Shown one piece after another: positions 17,016-25,146 of a stretch of DNA of 64,000 bases. The stretch comes from an uncultured virus (IMG/VR IMGVR_UViG_3300020050_007563). Lineage: Duplodnaviria; Heunggongvirae; Uroviricota; Caudoviricetes. The stretch lies in the IMG/VR virus record IMGVR_UViG_3300020050_007563; one strand, 5' to 3'. The position numbers and the translations under genes are program-made. Below the pieces are notes generated by a model. That model did no database searches and was not told where the DNA came from. It worked only from the letters and a program-made list of their open reading frames with translations. Position 1 is the first letter of the stretch; each line of letters starts with the position of its first letter.

Positions 17016-17546
17016 ATGATGCGCCGCACGCCTCTGAAGAGAACCCCCTTCAATAGGGGGGACAAGCCATCTATGAGTGACCTACTCTCCAGCGGGCTCG
17101 TTCAGAAGGCATCCTCGTTCACGGCCAAGAAGAAGCCTATGAGGAAGATCGGCGCCAGCCCGCTGAAGAAGCTGGATGCGGAACTCGTGAAGCTCTTCAG
17201 CCGCATGGTCAGGATGAAAGCCATGAACTACGAGGGGTACATCAACTGCTACATCTGTGACACGCCCGTCCACTGGATAGAGGCTGAGTGTATGCACTTT
17301 CAGGGTCGAGTGAATAAAGCGACCCGGTTTGTCGAGAGCGCCAACAAGGCTGGGTGTCACGAGTGTAACTCGAAGCCACTTGGGGATAGGTCAAACTTCG
17401 CCAAAAAGCTGGATAAGCAGTACGGGCCGGGTCACGCGGAGTTGCTCACGACACTCAGCAAGCAAGAGTATAGGATGGATCGAGAGGCGTACCAATACGC
17501 CATCGAATACTGCAAGTCCGAGATAGCCAAAATAGAAGCCAACTGA
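17016..17546 (+). CDS. ninG: NinG/Rap-like recombination endonuclease
   Basis: FSRMVR...CYIC...ECMHF.GR...ATRF.E.AN...CHECN. Confidence 0.75.
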   Translation: MMRRTPLKRTPFNRGDKPSMSDLLSSGLVQKASSFTAKKKPMRKIGASPLKKLDAELVKLFSRMVRMKAMNYEGYINCYICDTPVHWIEAECMHFQGRVNKATRFVESANKAGCHECNSKPLGDRSNFAKKLDKQYGPGHAELLTTLSKQEYRMDREAYQYAIEYCKSEIAKIEAN

Positions 17547-17552
17547 TCACAA

Positions 17553-17987
17553 ATGAGCAGCATCACCAAGGAGGACGCCGAGCGCCTTCAACAGCGCGTG
17601 AACGGCAAGAAGAGAGAGGTGGGTGGAGTGCCCGTGAAGGGCAGAGCCAATCTGAAACCTCGTGATCGTGGGATGAACAAGACCGAAGCGCTTTACTCCC
17701 AGCGCCTGGAGACCATGAAGCGCAACGGAGTGATCGTGGACTGGAGGTTTGAGCCTGTCAAGTTCAGGCTTGCAGACCACACGACATACACGCCCGATTT
17801 CATGGTCATAGATATTGACGGAGCGGTCGTGTTCACAGACACGAAAGCGTATTGGAAGAGTGCGGGCAAGGTCGGCATAGAAGAAGATGCTAATGTGAAA
17901 CTGAAGGTCGTTGCGGAGCAGTATCCTTGGTTCTCATTCTGTATAGCCTACGTCAAGGATGGCCGCTGGCAGTTCAAGCACTACTGA
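17553..17987 (+). CDS. PD-(D/E)XK endonuclease (DUF1064-like)
   Basis: MNKTEALY...FEPVKFRLA..TYTPDF...DTKAYW. Confidence 0.8.
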   Translation: MSSITKEDAERLQQRVNGKKREVGGVPVKGRANLKPRDRGMNKTEALYSQRLETMKRNGVIVDWRFEPVKFRLADHTTYTPDFMVIDIDGAVVFTDTKAYWKSAGKVGIEEDANVKLKVVAEQYPWFSFCIAYVKDGRWQFKHY

Positions 17988-17988
17988 C

Positions 17989-18561
17989 ATGAAGACCATT
18001 ATCCGCAACAAAGACCTCATGGAGCGATACGACATCACTCCGTTCCAGCTCTCGGAGTGGAGACGAGATGGCCTTGACCAGCCCCGCAAGGGGTACAGCT
18101 TCCTCGAAGATGCGCTGTCGAGGCTCGGAGATGTCCGGTACTCCTTCACTCGGACCAAGCCCCTCTTGACCCCAAAGGAGCACGTCACAAGGGCAGAGGC
18201 TGCTGATGAACTCGGGCTCCCCGTGAGTCGCATCTTGCGTATGATCCAAGAGGGCGCTCTGGATGGATTCGGAAAGTACGTGTTCGTGGAGTCTATCGAG
18301 ACGTACAAGCGAGATCAGAACAGCGTGATGACGTGCGCCGAAGCCGCTCGCCGATGGGGTGTCACCACCGAGACCATCGGGAGCTGGAAGAAGTCCGGCC
18401 TCATTCATGGTCCTTATGGCCATGTCTATCTGGACCAAGAGAAGCCCCAGATCGGAGTAGCCTTCTCCGTCAACCGCAAACGCAAGGCTGTTCTGAGCCA
18501 GTCACCCGCTCGCTTCACCAAACACATAGCCTCTCCGGGATTCGGGGAGTTCAACCGATGA
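17989..18561 (+). CDS. multi-HTH DNA-binding protein
   Basis: Three MerR/excisionase-like HTH segments. Confidence 0.65.
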   Translation: MKTIIRNKDLMERYDITPFQLSEWRRDGLDQPRKGYSFLEDALSRLGDVRYSFTRTKPLLTPKEHVTRAEAADELGLPVSRILRMIQEGALDGFGKYVFVESIETYKRDQNSVMTCAEAARRWGVTTETIGSWKKSGLIHGPYGHVYLDQEKPQIGVAFSVNRKRKAVLSQSPARFTKHIASPGFGEFNR

Positions 18562-18749
18562 CACACGAAGAACTCGCTACACGCCTCCTGAAGGCCGAAG
18601 ATGCCCTCTCTGAACTCATGGCCGAACACCGTGCCCTCCAGCGCTCACATGATGAGCTGGATGAACTGTGCGCCAAGATGGTGCGAGACGTACATAGGCT
18701 GAAGCAGCCCCGCGCACCGCTTGATGCTGCTACTGGGCCTAACCCTTAG
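18558..18749 (+). CDS. small coiled-coil protein
   Basis: ATGA coupling. Confidence 0.5.
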   Translation: MTHEELATRLLKAEDALSELMAEHRALQRSHDELDELCAKMVRDVHRLKQPRAPLDAATGPNP

Positions 18750-20388
18750 CGCTCACATCCGAGATCGCACACCACGGGCCTCCGACATTCGGGATGAGTT
18801 CCTTGGTAACGGCTTTGAAGTAGCGGCAGTTGACCTTCGCAGGGAGTGTCATCGTGCAGGTCGCAGAACCCTGAAAGACCCCTCGTGATGTCCATGAGTT
18901 CGCAGCGCCGGTCAGAGACGTGAAGAGTTCGACCTTGTTGGGCCACGCATTCCCATAGGGCTGGTATAAGATCGTCACGCCCCCTATGGACCGAGTGGTC
19001 TGCATGTCGATCTCGATGTAGTCCCCGACGACGTGTGGGCGACCGGTCTCGCAGAAGGTGCTGGTGCTGCCGTCAATGGCAAGAGAGGCTGGCTTGGCGG
19101 TTGTCTGGACGGTGCCACTGGCCTTCCAGCCAGTGCGGTCGATGTTGCCTCCGGTCGGAGGGGTGGTCGGATCCGTCGGGGTTGTGGGCCCGGAGGAGGG
19201 CACGAGATCCACACACCCGCTCACGAGCTTGTCCCCCTTGGCGTAGTGGGAGAGCTGGAAAGCCGCGTAGTCGCCGGGAGAAGTCCACGATTGGCCCGTC
19301 ACGAGGTTCTTCAGGGCTGTGGAGTATCCGAATCCGATAGCTGCGCCTACGGTCAGGAGCGAGGATTGGTTCTGTCCGCCACCCAAGGTCGGATTCATCA
19401 CCAGCATTGGCTGCTTGTTGCCCGGAGACCCGTTACTGAAGTTGATCGTGCCGATGTTGAGAGCGTACTGGCCCTCCGCGTAGACCGCGACCTGATCGGC
19501 GGAACGAGTGCCTGCCGAAATGAAATCTTCACTCTTCAGCAGCCCCACATTGATCCTTCCGCCCCCAGCGGCATCATAGCCCGGCTTCAGGACCAGAAGG
19601 CCACTCTTGCCGTCTTTGTTGCCGTTGCTGTCCCCGGATAGGGTTCCGATGTTGATCGTAGCGAGGGCCGTTCCGAGGCACCCCATTCCGCCGAACTCGT
19701 TCCAGAAAGCGGTGATCGTCCCGATGGTGAGCGGAACCCCATCGTTGGCGACGAATCCCCATTGGAAGGAATCGCTCCGGACTTGGTTCACATAGGAGCA
19801 TTCCCCCATGCGCTTCATGAAGAGGCCGATGCGCGTCTTGCCGTCGCCGTACTTGGCGGGGCCGGTCAGGTGCATCTGGGTGATCGAGCAGCCCTCGTTG
19901 TAAGCGCTGTTCGTGGTGAGACTGGCGTTGGGTGTCTCGAAGAGTCGGCGTTCGATGTCTGCACTCTTGAGCCATCCCGTATCATCCATCACGATCTCCG
20001 TGGCCACTTGTCCTTGATCCCCGCCTGTCCCGGCGTAGAAGAAGGAAGATCCACCTTGCATACCCGCGCGTGGGACCTGGAGCGTCAGGTTGCTCATGAA
20101 CCTCCCGAACGGAACCTGCACGAACACATAGGAGTTCAGATAGCCGGAGGTCAGGTTGTTCGGAGCCTCTTGGGTCCAACACGCATCCATAAAACACGCC
20201 GAGAACAAGTACCAGTTCTGGAACTGCTCCGAGGTCATGCCCATGGCCTTGCAGCGAGCCCACGCCCACGGAAGGGCGGCTTGTGCATTGGATGGTGTGG
20301 GCCAGCGGTCCTTCACCTTCTTGGCGCCATCCTCGTATGAGAGCGAGTAAGGTGCGTTGGCGAGATTGATCAGGAGGGACTTAGGCAT
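18739..20388 (-). CDS. beta-helix protein with C-terminal discoidin (F5/8 type C) domain
   Basis: P/T linker, then IDRTGWKAS...LAIDGSTSTF...YIEIDM...RYFK...W.AISDV; N-terminal part paralogous to 31036..32580. Confidence 0.75.
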   Translation of the reverse strand: MPKSLLINLANAPYSLSYEDGAKKVKDRWPTPSNAQAALPWAWARCKAMGMTSEQFQNWYLFSACFMDACWTQEAPNNLTSGYLNSYVFVQVPFGRFMSNLTLQVPRAGMQGGSSFFYAGTGGDQGQVATEIVMDDTGWLKSADIERRLFETPNASLTTNSAYNEGCSITQMHLTGPAKYGDGKTRIGLFMKRMGECSYVNQVRSDSFQWGFVANDGVPLTIGTITAFWNEFGGMGCLGTALATINIGTLSGDSNGNKDGKSGLLVLKPGYDAAGGGRINVGLLKSEDFISAGTRSADQVAVYAEGQYALNIGTINFSNGSPGNKQPMLVMNPTLGGGQNQSSLLTVGAAIGFGYSTALKNLVTGQSWTSPGDYAAFQLSHYAKGDKLVSGCVDLVPSSGPTTPTDPTTPPTGGNIDRTGWKASGTVQTTAKPASLAIDGSTSTFCETGRPHVVGDYIEIDMQTTRSIGGVTILYQPYGNAWPNKVELFTSLTGAANSWTSRGVFQGSATCTMTLPAKVNCRYFKAVTKELIPNVGGPWCAISDVSAKG

Positions 20389-20389
20389 A

Positions 20390-20689
20390 TTACTTCTTCT
20401 TTGGTTCGATGTACGTCACCTCGATCACGTGACCCTCTCGGGACTTCCACGGAAGTCGCCGAGCCTCCACGACGCCATTCACTCGCAAGTAGTGCCCGAA
20501 GGCCGCTCCGTGGATGGTGATCGCGTCCAGACTACGCAGGGCGCCCACCCACGCATTGCGCTTGCTCTTGTAGCGGTCCTTCAGGCGGTAGGGCCTGCTT
20601 GCGCCGGGCTTGTCGATCACGACAGAAAAGGGGTCGCTCTGCTTGGTGCGTTTGATCGTCACTCGGACGGGGCTTTTCTTCTTGCTCAT
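20390..20689 (-). CDS. basic hypothetical protein
   Basis: Directly upstream of, and coupled to, the discoidin gene. Confidence 0.6.
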   Translation of the reverse strand: MSKKKSPVRVTIKRTKQSDPFSVVIDKPGASRPYRLKDRYKSKRNAWVGALRSLDAITIHGAAFGHYLRVNGVVEARRLPWKSREGHVIEVTYIEPKKK

Positions 20690-20803
20690 CGGATTGAGGG
20701 AATCGTTCAGTGCTCATTTTGCGCAATGTAGTAAAAGAAAGCCCCGCCGAAGTATGGACTATTCGACGGGTAGTGTCTCAGTTTCCCATCCCCTGACCCT
20801 CAG

Positions 20804-20830
20804 TGCTTAGCGCTAAGGTGCCTACCTTTG
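20804..20830 (+). promoter_or_regulatory. operator palindrome + -7 box for the small basic gene
   Basis: TGCTTAGCGCTAAG 20804-20817; TACCTTTG 20823-20830. Confidence 0.7.
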
Positions 20831-20834
20831 GCAC

Positions 20835-21056
20835 ATGGCGAAGATTACAGGCAAGCAACCGACCGACGCTAACAAGCGTGCGAAGAACATTCTGGACATC
20901 GCGACCACCGAGCAACCGGAGCGCGAGAAGAACGCGGCAGCAGTGGCATTGGGTAGCATGGGTGGCAAGGCACGGGCGAAAAGCCTGAGCCCGGAGAAGC
21001 GCAAGGCCATCGCAAAGAAGGCCGCCAAGAAGCGGTGGGCTAAAAAGAAAGACTAG
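20835..21056 (+). CDS. small basic histone-H1-like/KGG-like protein of IS1-type elements
   Basis: KNAAAVALGSMGGKARAKSLSPEKRKAIAKKAAKKRW. Confidence 0.85.
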   Translation: MAKITGKQPTDANKRAKNILDIATTEQPEREKNAAAVALGSMGGKARAKSLSPEKRKAIAKKAAKKRWAKKKD

Positions 21057-21213
21057 GACGGCCCTCCAAGCCCGAGACAAGATCGATCGAAGATTATTTG
21101 CGTGTGTGGCGAAAAAATCTTTCCTTTGCTTCGCCTAGCTGCTGCGCAAAGGAAGCCAGACCAATGCTGAAATAGTTCTTGGATGTCGGGCGCGACGCCA
21201 TTATGTTCGCGCC

Positions 21214-21672
21214 ATGAATTTCGGCGATCAGGATCTGGACTCTTACCTCTCCGGGCTTCTGGAGACGCTGAGCGATGAAATTGTGCGCAAGACACGTGAG
21301 CGCGATGCTGTGAGTGAGGCGTTGCGCGCATATCGCATTGAGCGGTCGCGCGTTCAGCAGACCGAGCAGGTTCAGTACCCCCGCATCGACTTCAGCAAGT
21401 ACGGCGCATGGCGCGATGCGGCAAAACGATCATTTGAACTTGAGGGCAAGTGCCTATCGCTTGCCCAGATCGTCACCATCGCGAAGAAGATGGGGGCCGA
21501 GGATAAGGACAATGACGTGGTGTCGTCCATCCGCAGTGCGGTCTACGGCATGGCTGATGAGGGGTCGCTGATCTCGTACAAGCCTCCTGGGTATAGCTGG
21601 AAGGTTTACGGCCCTGCGGATTTTTTCGATGCCGATCGCGCGGTGAAGCCCGGAAGAGAGTACCGGTCGTAG
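21214..21672 (+). CDS. coiled-coil + winged-HTH passenger protein
   Basis: N-terminal coiled coil; LSLAQIVTIAKKMG...SIRSAVYGMADEGSL wHTH-like region. Confidence 0.7.
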   Translation: MNFGDQDLDSYLSGLLETLSDEIVRKTRERDAVSEALRAYRIERSRVQQTEQVQYPRIDFSKYGAWRDAAKRSFELEGKCLSLAQIVTIAKKMGAEDKDNDVVSSIRSAVYGMADEGSLISYKPPGYSWKVYGPADFFDADRAVKPGREYRS

Positions 21673-21724
21673 TTCATTGACATCTTGAAAGCATGAAGCC
21701 GCCATTGCGGGCGGCTTCTAATGT

Positions 21725-21800
21725 GGGCCGGGAGGTAAGGCCTCGTGAGCACGGCTTCCTATCCAGCACTCGTGGGTTCAAGTCCCCACCCGGTCCACTA
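21725..21800 (+). ncRNA. tRNA-like RNA 1 (76 nt, non-canonical D and anticodon arms)
   Basis: Acceptor GGGCCGG/CCGGTCC, T-arm GTGGG-TTCAAGTC-CCCAC, 3' ACTA. Confidence 0.6.
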
Positions 21801-21810
21801 GCTTTCAATC

Positions 21811-21954
21811 GTTCGTTGACATAGTGATCTCGTAGCTCAGGGTAGAGCACCGATCGGTATACGTAATGCGCCCCGACTATCGAATGGAGGGAAGCGGTGG
21901 ATACGTTCGGAGGTCGCGGCTTCAATGCCGCCGAGGTCACTATGTCAATCGAAC
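21811..21954 (+). ncRNA. tRNA-like RNA 2 with a 53-nt anticodon-arm insert and extended acceptor helix
   Basis: GATCTCG-TA-GCTC-AGGGTA-GAGC-A-CCGA-[53 nt]-TCGG-AGGTC-GCGGC-TTCAAT-GCCGC-CGAGGTC-ACTA; the flanks extend the helix to 17 bp plus GTTCG/CGAAC. Confidence 0.75.
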
Positions 21955-22049
21955 AACGGCCCAAGTTATAGACAGGGCCTACCTAAAACATCAAAGACGG
22001 CATTAGGGATCCAATCTTGGATCGCCCTTGGTCACACATTTTTACAGCA

Positions 22050-22083
22050 TATGCTTAGCGCTAAGCATAAACCTCTATCTTTG
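22050..22083 (+). promoter_or_regulatory. 20-bp perfect palindrome + -7 box upstream of the transposase
   Basis: TATGCTTAGCGCTAAGCATA 22050-22069; TATCTTTG 22076-22083. Confidence 0.75.
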
Positions 22084-22104
22084 ACCCATCAAGACGCAGA
22101 AGCC

Positions 22105-22941
22105 ATGAACCGCCTCCCCCTCGAAAAGCAAGTCCAGATCATCAACATGCTCGTTGAGGGTAGCAGCCTGCGTAGCACATCCCGCGTGTGCGATGTGTCC
22201 ATCAACACGGTGACAAAGCTTCTGGTGGACGTGGGCCGCGCATGTGAGAAGTTCCACGATGAAACGGTGAAAGGGCTTGAGGTGAAGCGCTTACAGGCCG
22301 ATGAAATCTGGAGCTTCATCTATGCCAAGCAGAAGAACGTTCCCGAAGGCATGGAAGACGCAGCCGGTGACGTGTGGACATGGACGGCTTTGGACAGCGA
22401 TACCAAGCTCATGGTTTCGTGGTACGTAGGTAGCCGCGATGCGCAGGCCGCTTATGAGTTCCTGTCCGATGTGCGCAGCCGCGTTGTTACCCGCATGCAG
22501 CTTACCAGCGACGGACATAGTGCATACGTGCCTGCCGTGGATGCCGTGTTTGGTCAGCACATCGACTACGCTCAGCTTATTAAAATCTACGGCGCTCCAG
22601 TTGGTGCTGGTAACGAACGTCGTTACAGTCCCGCAGAATGCACAGGAACCCGCACCGTAGCTGTTACGGGCCGTCCGAACCATGAGCACGTATCGACATC
22701 GCACGTTGAGCGCCAGAACCTGACCATGCGGATGAGCATGCGCCGGTTCACGCGCCTTACCAATGCCTTCAGCAAGAAGATCGAGAACCACTGCTACGCC
22801 ATCGCCCTCCACTTCGTCCACTACAACTTCTGCCGTATCCACAAGAGCCTGCGCGTTACCCCTGCCATGGAAGCCGGGCTGACCGACAATCTGATGAGCA
22901 TCGCCGACATCGTGAAACTAGCCTACCCCAATTCAAAGTGA
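22105..22941 (+). CDS. IS1-family DDE transposase (single ORF)
   Basis: N-terminal HTH ([19 protein letters not shown]); [26 protein letters not shown]...RFTR. Confidence 0.92.
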   Translation: MNRLPLEKQVQIINMLVEGSSLRSTSRVCDVSINTVTKLLVDVGRACEKFHDETVKGLEVKRLQADEIWSFIYAKQKNVPEGMEDAAGDVWTWTALDSDTKLMVSWYVGSRDAQAAYEFLSDVRSRVVTRMQLTSDGHSAYVPAVDAVFGQHIDYAQLIKIYGAPVGAGNERRYSPAECTGTRTVAVTGRPNHEHVSTSHVERQNLTMRMSMRRFTRLTNAFSKKIENHCYAIALHFVHYNFCRIHKSLRVTPAMEAGLTDNLMSIADIVKLAYPNSK

Positions 22942-23075
22942 TGAACTGGTTGCGTTCTGTCTATCGTTTCGTTTGGCCCAACCCTTGGGATCGATACCCT
23001 TCAGGAAAGTCAATGATCCTTGGCGCAGCCATCGTGGCCGCGATCGTAACCCTGCTGGCGTGGTTGGACCGATAA
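22941..23075 (+). CDS. 44-aa membrane peptide inside the IS right end (not in the ORF track)
   Basis: [44 protein letters not shown]; coupled to the transposase stop. Confidence 0.5.
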   Translation: MNWLRSVYRFVWPNPWDRYPSGKSMILGAAIVAAIVTLLAWLDR

Positions 23076-23174
23076 CTCCCAATTCAAACTGAGACACTAC
23101 CATTCGACGAGTCGCCAATATCTGACTATCAGAACTTTGTATATTCGCCGCCGTCTTGGTTCGCCAAGACAGTC

Positions 23175-23220
23175 GAAACCCCTGCGCGGGAGGGATCCAG
23201 TCGCAGGGGTTTCTTCATTT
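23175..23220. terminator. strong hairpin terminator
   Basis: GAAACCCCTGCG/CGCAGGGGTTTC just beyond the end of the minus-strand operon; T-rich tail on +. Confidence 0.65.
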
Positions 23221-23228
23221 GAGAGGTA

Positions 23229-23558
23229 TCACTCCTGCGAAATGGCCTCTAGGATCTGCTCCGCATTGACCGTGACGGTCACGTTGGTCATGTTTTTCAC
23301 GAGACCATGCTGGAGGACCAGCAGATGCTCAATCAGGTCTTGAGCCTCGTCGATGAGAACACCGCCCTTGGCAATAGCCTTGGAGATATGATTGAATGTG
23401 ATGGGCTCCGGGATCTTCAGATTCATCTCATGAGCCATCTCGATGAGGCGGCGGGTCTGGCTCCAGTCCTTGACCGCGATGGGATATCCGGTCTCGGCGC
23501 TCTTCTTGATGAGCAGGGTTGTCTTGCCTGAGCGGCGTGGTCCAGCGATGAGTTCCAT
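23229..23558 (-). CDS. small P-loop NTPase-like protein
   Basis: Walker A GPRRSGKT and Walker B VLIDE in 109 aa. Confidence 0.7.
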   Translation of the reverse strand: MELIAGPRRSGKTTLLIKKSAETGYPIAVKDWSQTRRLIEMAHEMNLKIPEPITFNHISKAIAKGGVLIDEAQDLIEHLLVLQHGLVKNMTNVTVTVNAEQILEAISQE

Positions 23559-23765
23559 TGTTCAGTGTTGGGGCTGTGAAGCTAGTTGTTTCTGCCACTC
23601 ATCATACAGAGGGCTGATCGAGTATCGGTGCCTTGCTACGTAGGCATCTCTTGGAGCAGAAGAATCTCCCCTTGGAGGTCTTGGCTCTTCTGCGGTAGGC
23701 TGCGGCTCCGATGGAGAAGAGGAACTGGCACTCAGGATTGCAGCAACGAAGGGTCCGGGCATCGC

Positions 23766-24254
23766 TCACAGGAAGAAAAGTGTGGAGCCAAGGAGGAAGG
23801 TGAGAGCCTCGAAGGCGTAGGCGATGGTTCCGGCGCGGTGATGACCTTTACGGAACGCAGGCGTGTTCTCGTAGTGATGTGCGAAGTGGGTCTTGACCTT
23901 TTCGCGAAGTCCATTCACGAAGCGGTTGGGGCTTGTTGCCCGCATCCAGAACCAGTCGTACCCATTCGACGGGCTGATATACCTCCAGTCCAAGCCCCTC
24001 TTCTTGTTCAGCCTGTACCGGAACCACATCGTGAACCACCCCCATCCCGCAGGAGCCAGCCACAACACCTTCCAGTCCCGGATCAACAGGATCGTCCCGA
24101 GTAAGCAGACGGCACCAAGAACCGTCCTCTCAATGAGTTCGTCCCGGTGGTTGATGGGTTTGTTCTCTGTGATCCTGTTGGCGTCCGAGGTACTCTCCAT
24201 CTCTTGTATCCAGAAGAGAGAGGCTAAGAAGAGGATGTAGACAACGGCGGTCAT
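23766..24254 (-). CDS. membrane protein
   Basis: Several TM segments; coupled start. Confidence 0.6.
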   Translation of the reverse strand: MTAVVYILFLASLFWIQEMESTSDANRITENKPINHRDELIERTVLGAVCLLGTILLIRDWKVLWLAPAGWGWFTMWFRYRLNKKRGLDWRYISPSNGYDWFWMRATSPNRFVNGLREKVKTHFAHHYENTPAFRKGHHRAGTIAYAFEALTFLLGSTLFFL

Positions 24255-24688
24255 ACGAGCCTCTTCGTGAAGTTCATGCGCGTCGATACCCAGAAGATCG
24301 CCAAGACACCGCTTCCGATCAGGAGCGGCGCCAGGAGCCACGGACCTTGTATCGTGAAGGACGCCCCGATGAGGATCAGGGTGAACACATGGATCAACAG
24401 AGCCATCCAGCCTCTCGTCTTGCCAACCATGAAGCCGTGACCCCCTGTGTCTTTGTGGCAAGCGAACTCCAGGAAGGTCAGCTCGCGGAGGCTGCTCTCG
24501 CGATGCGTGAACTCGATCCCGTTCACCAGCAGGCTGTACATCATCCCGCCAGCGAGTTCGCTGTATTGGGAGGACGGAAGGACCTCTCCGACCCACCCCC
24601 CTGCTTTCGGGGCTACAAGTTCCCCGGTTTTGAACTTCGGAACGTAGCTATCATCCCACCCTTCTGGTAGTGGTCTTCCTATGGTCAT
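24251..24688 (-). CDS. membrane protein with N-terminal SH3-like region
   Basis: PKFKTGELV... followed by two TM segments. Confidence 0.6.
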   Translation of the reverse strand: MTIGRPLPEGWDDSYVPKFKTGELVAPKAGGWVGEVLPSSQYSELAGGMMYSLLVNGIEFTHRESSLRELTFLEFACHKDTGGHGFMVGKTRGWMALLIHVFTLILIGASFTIQGPWLLAPLLIGSGVLAIFWVSTRMNFTKRLV

Positions 24689-25146
24689 CGGGCTTGGTTG
24701 TTAATGATGAATCCTCCGATCACGCCAGCGGCTATGTATACCCACGGCTTTCGGCGCTTCAGTTTGGCCTCAGCCTTGTTTGCGCGGGTGTTCAGAGACT
24801 CAATGAGGTCTGTGTCTTGTGCACGCCCCTGTGTGAGTTCCAAGATGCGAGCGTCCTTGCGAGCGCTCTCGGTGGTCAGCATGGCGATCTCCATCGCCCG
24901 CCGCCCGACCTCCCACGCACACTCCCGGTAGTCCTGATTCTTCAGGGCTCGCCTGACGCCGAACTCACGGAACTCACTGAGGGGTCCCACCACGAGCGAG
25001 TCCTCAACCCCCGGCAGTAGGCTCAGGTTCTCCGGGATCTTCCTCCACGTATCCTGAGCAGAGACAGACACGGCGAACGCCAGCAACAGGACGGCTATCA
25101 CTGCTGCGATGAGCCAGTCGAACCTCGTTGCCTTACCCTCGCTCAT
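24685..25146 (-). CDS. putative spanin-like lysis protein
   Basis: N-terminal signal/TM, coiled coil and C-terminal TM; in the lysis cluster. Confidence 0.5.
   Translation of the reverse strand: MSEGKATRFDWLIAAVIAVLLLAFAVSVSAQDTWRKIPENLSLLPGVEDSLVVGPLSEFREFGVRRALKNQDYRECAWEVGRRAMEIAMLTTESARKDARILELTQGRAQDTDLIESLNTRANKAEAKLKRRKPWVYIAAGVIGGFIINNQAR

Larger units (their letters stand above)
20769..23101 (+). mobile_element. IS1-family insertion sequence with passenger genes and RNAs (2333 bp)
   Basis: Perfect 16-bp TIRs GGTAGTGTCTCAGTTT (20769-20784) and AAACTGAGACACTACC (23086-23101); 8-bp TSD ATTCGACG at 20761-20768 and 23102-23109; DDE transposase inside. Confidence 0.95.

Noticed and set aside
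20663..20750. Inverted repeat pairing the leader with the start of gene 20390..20689
   Set aside because: Imperfect, and the likely minus-strand promoter lies between the arms, so a regulatory role is unsupported.
21725..21943. Functional tRNA genes or an integration-site tRNA remnant
   Set aside because: No 7-nt anticodon loop or CCA; both lie inside the IS TIRs; no integrase or att duplication was seen.
21925..22104. N-terminal 60 aa of the 338-aa transposase ORF
   Set aside because: Overlaps the tRNA-like RNA, operator and promoter; the family-like sequence begins at Met 22105.
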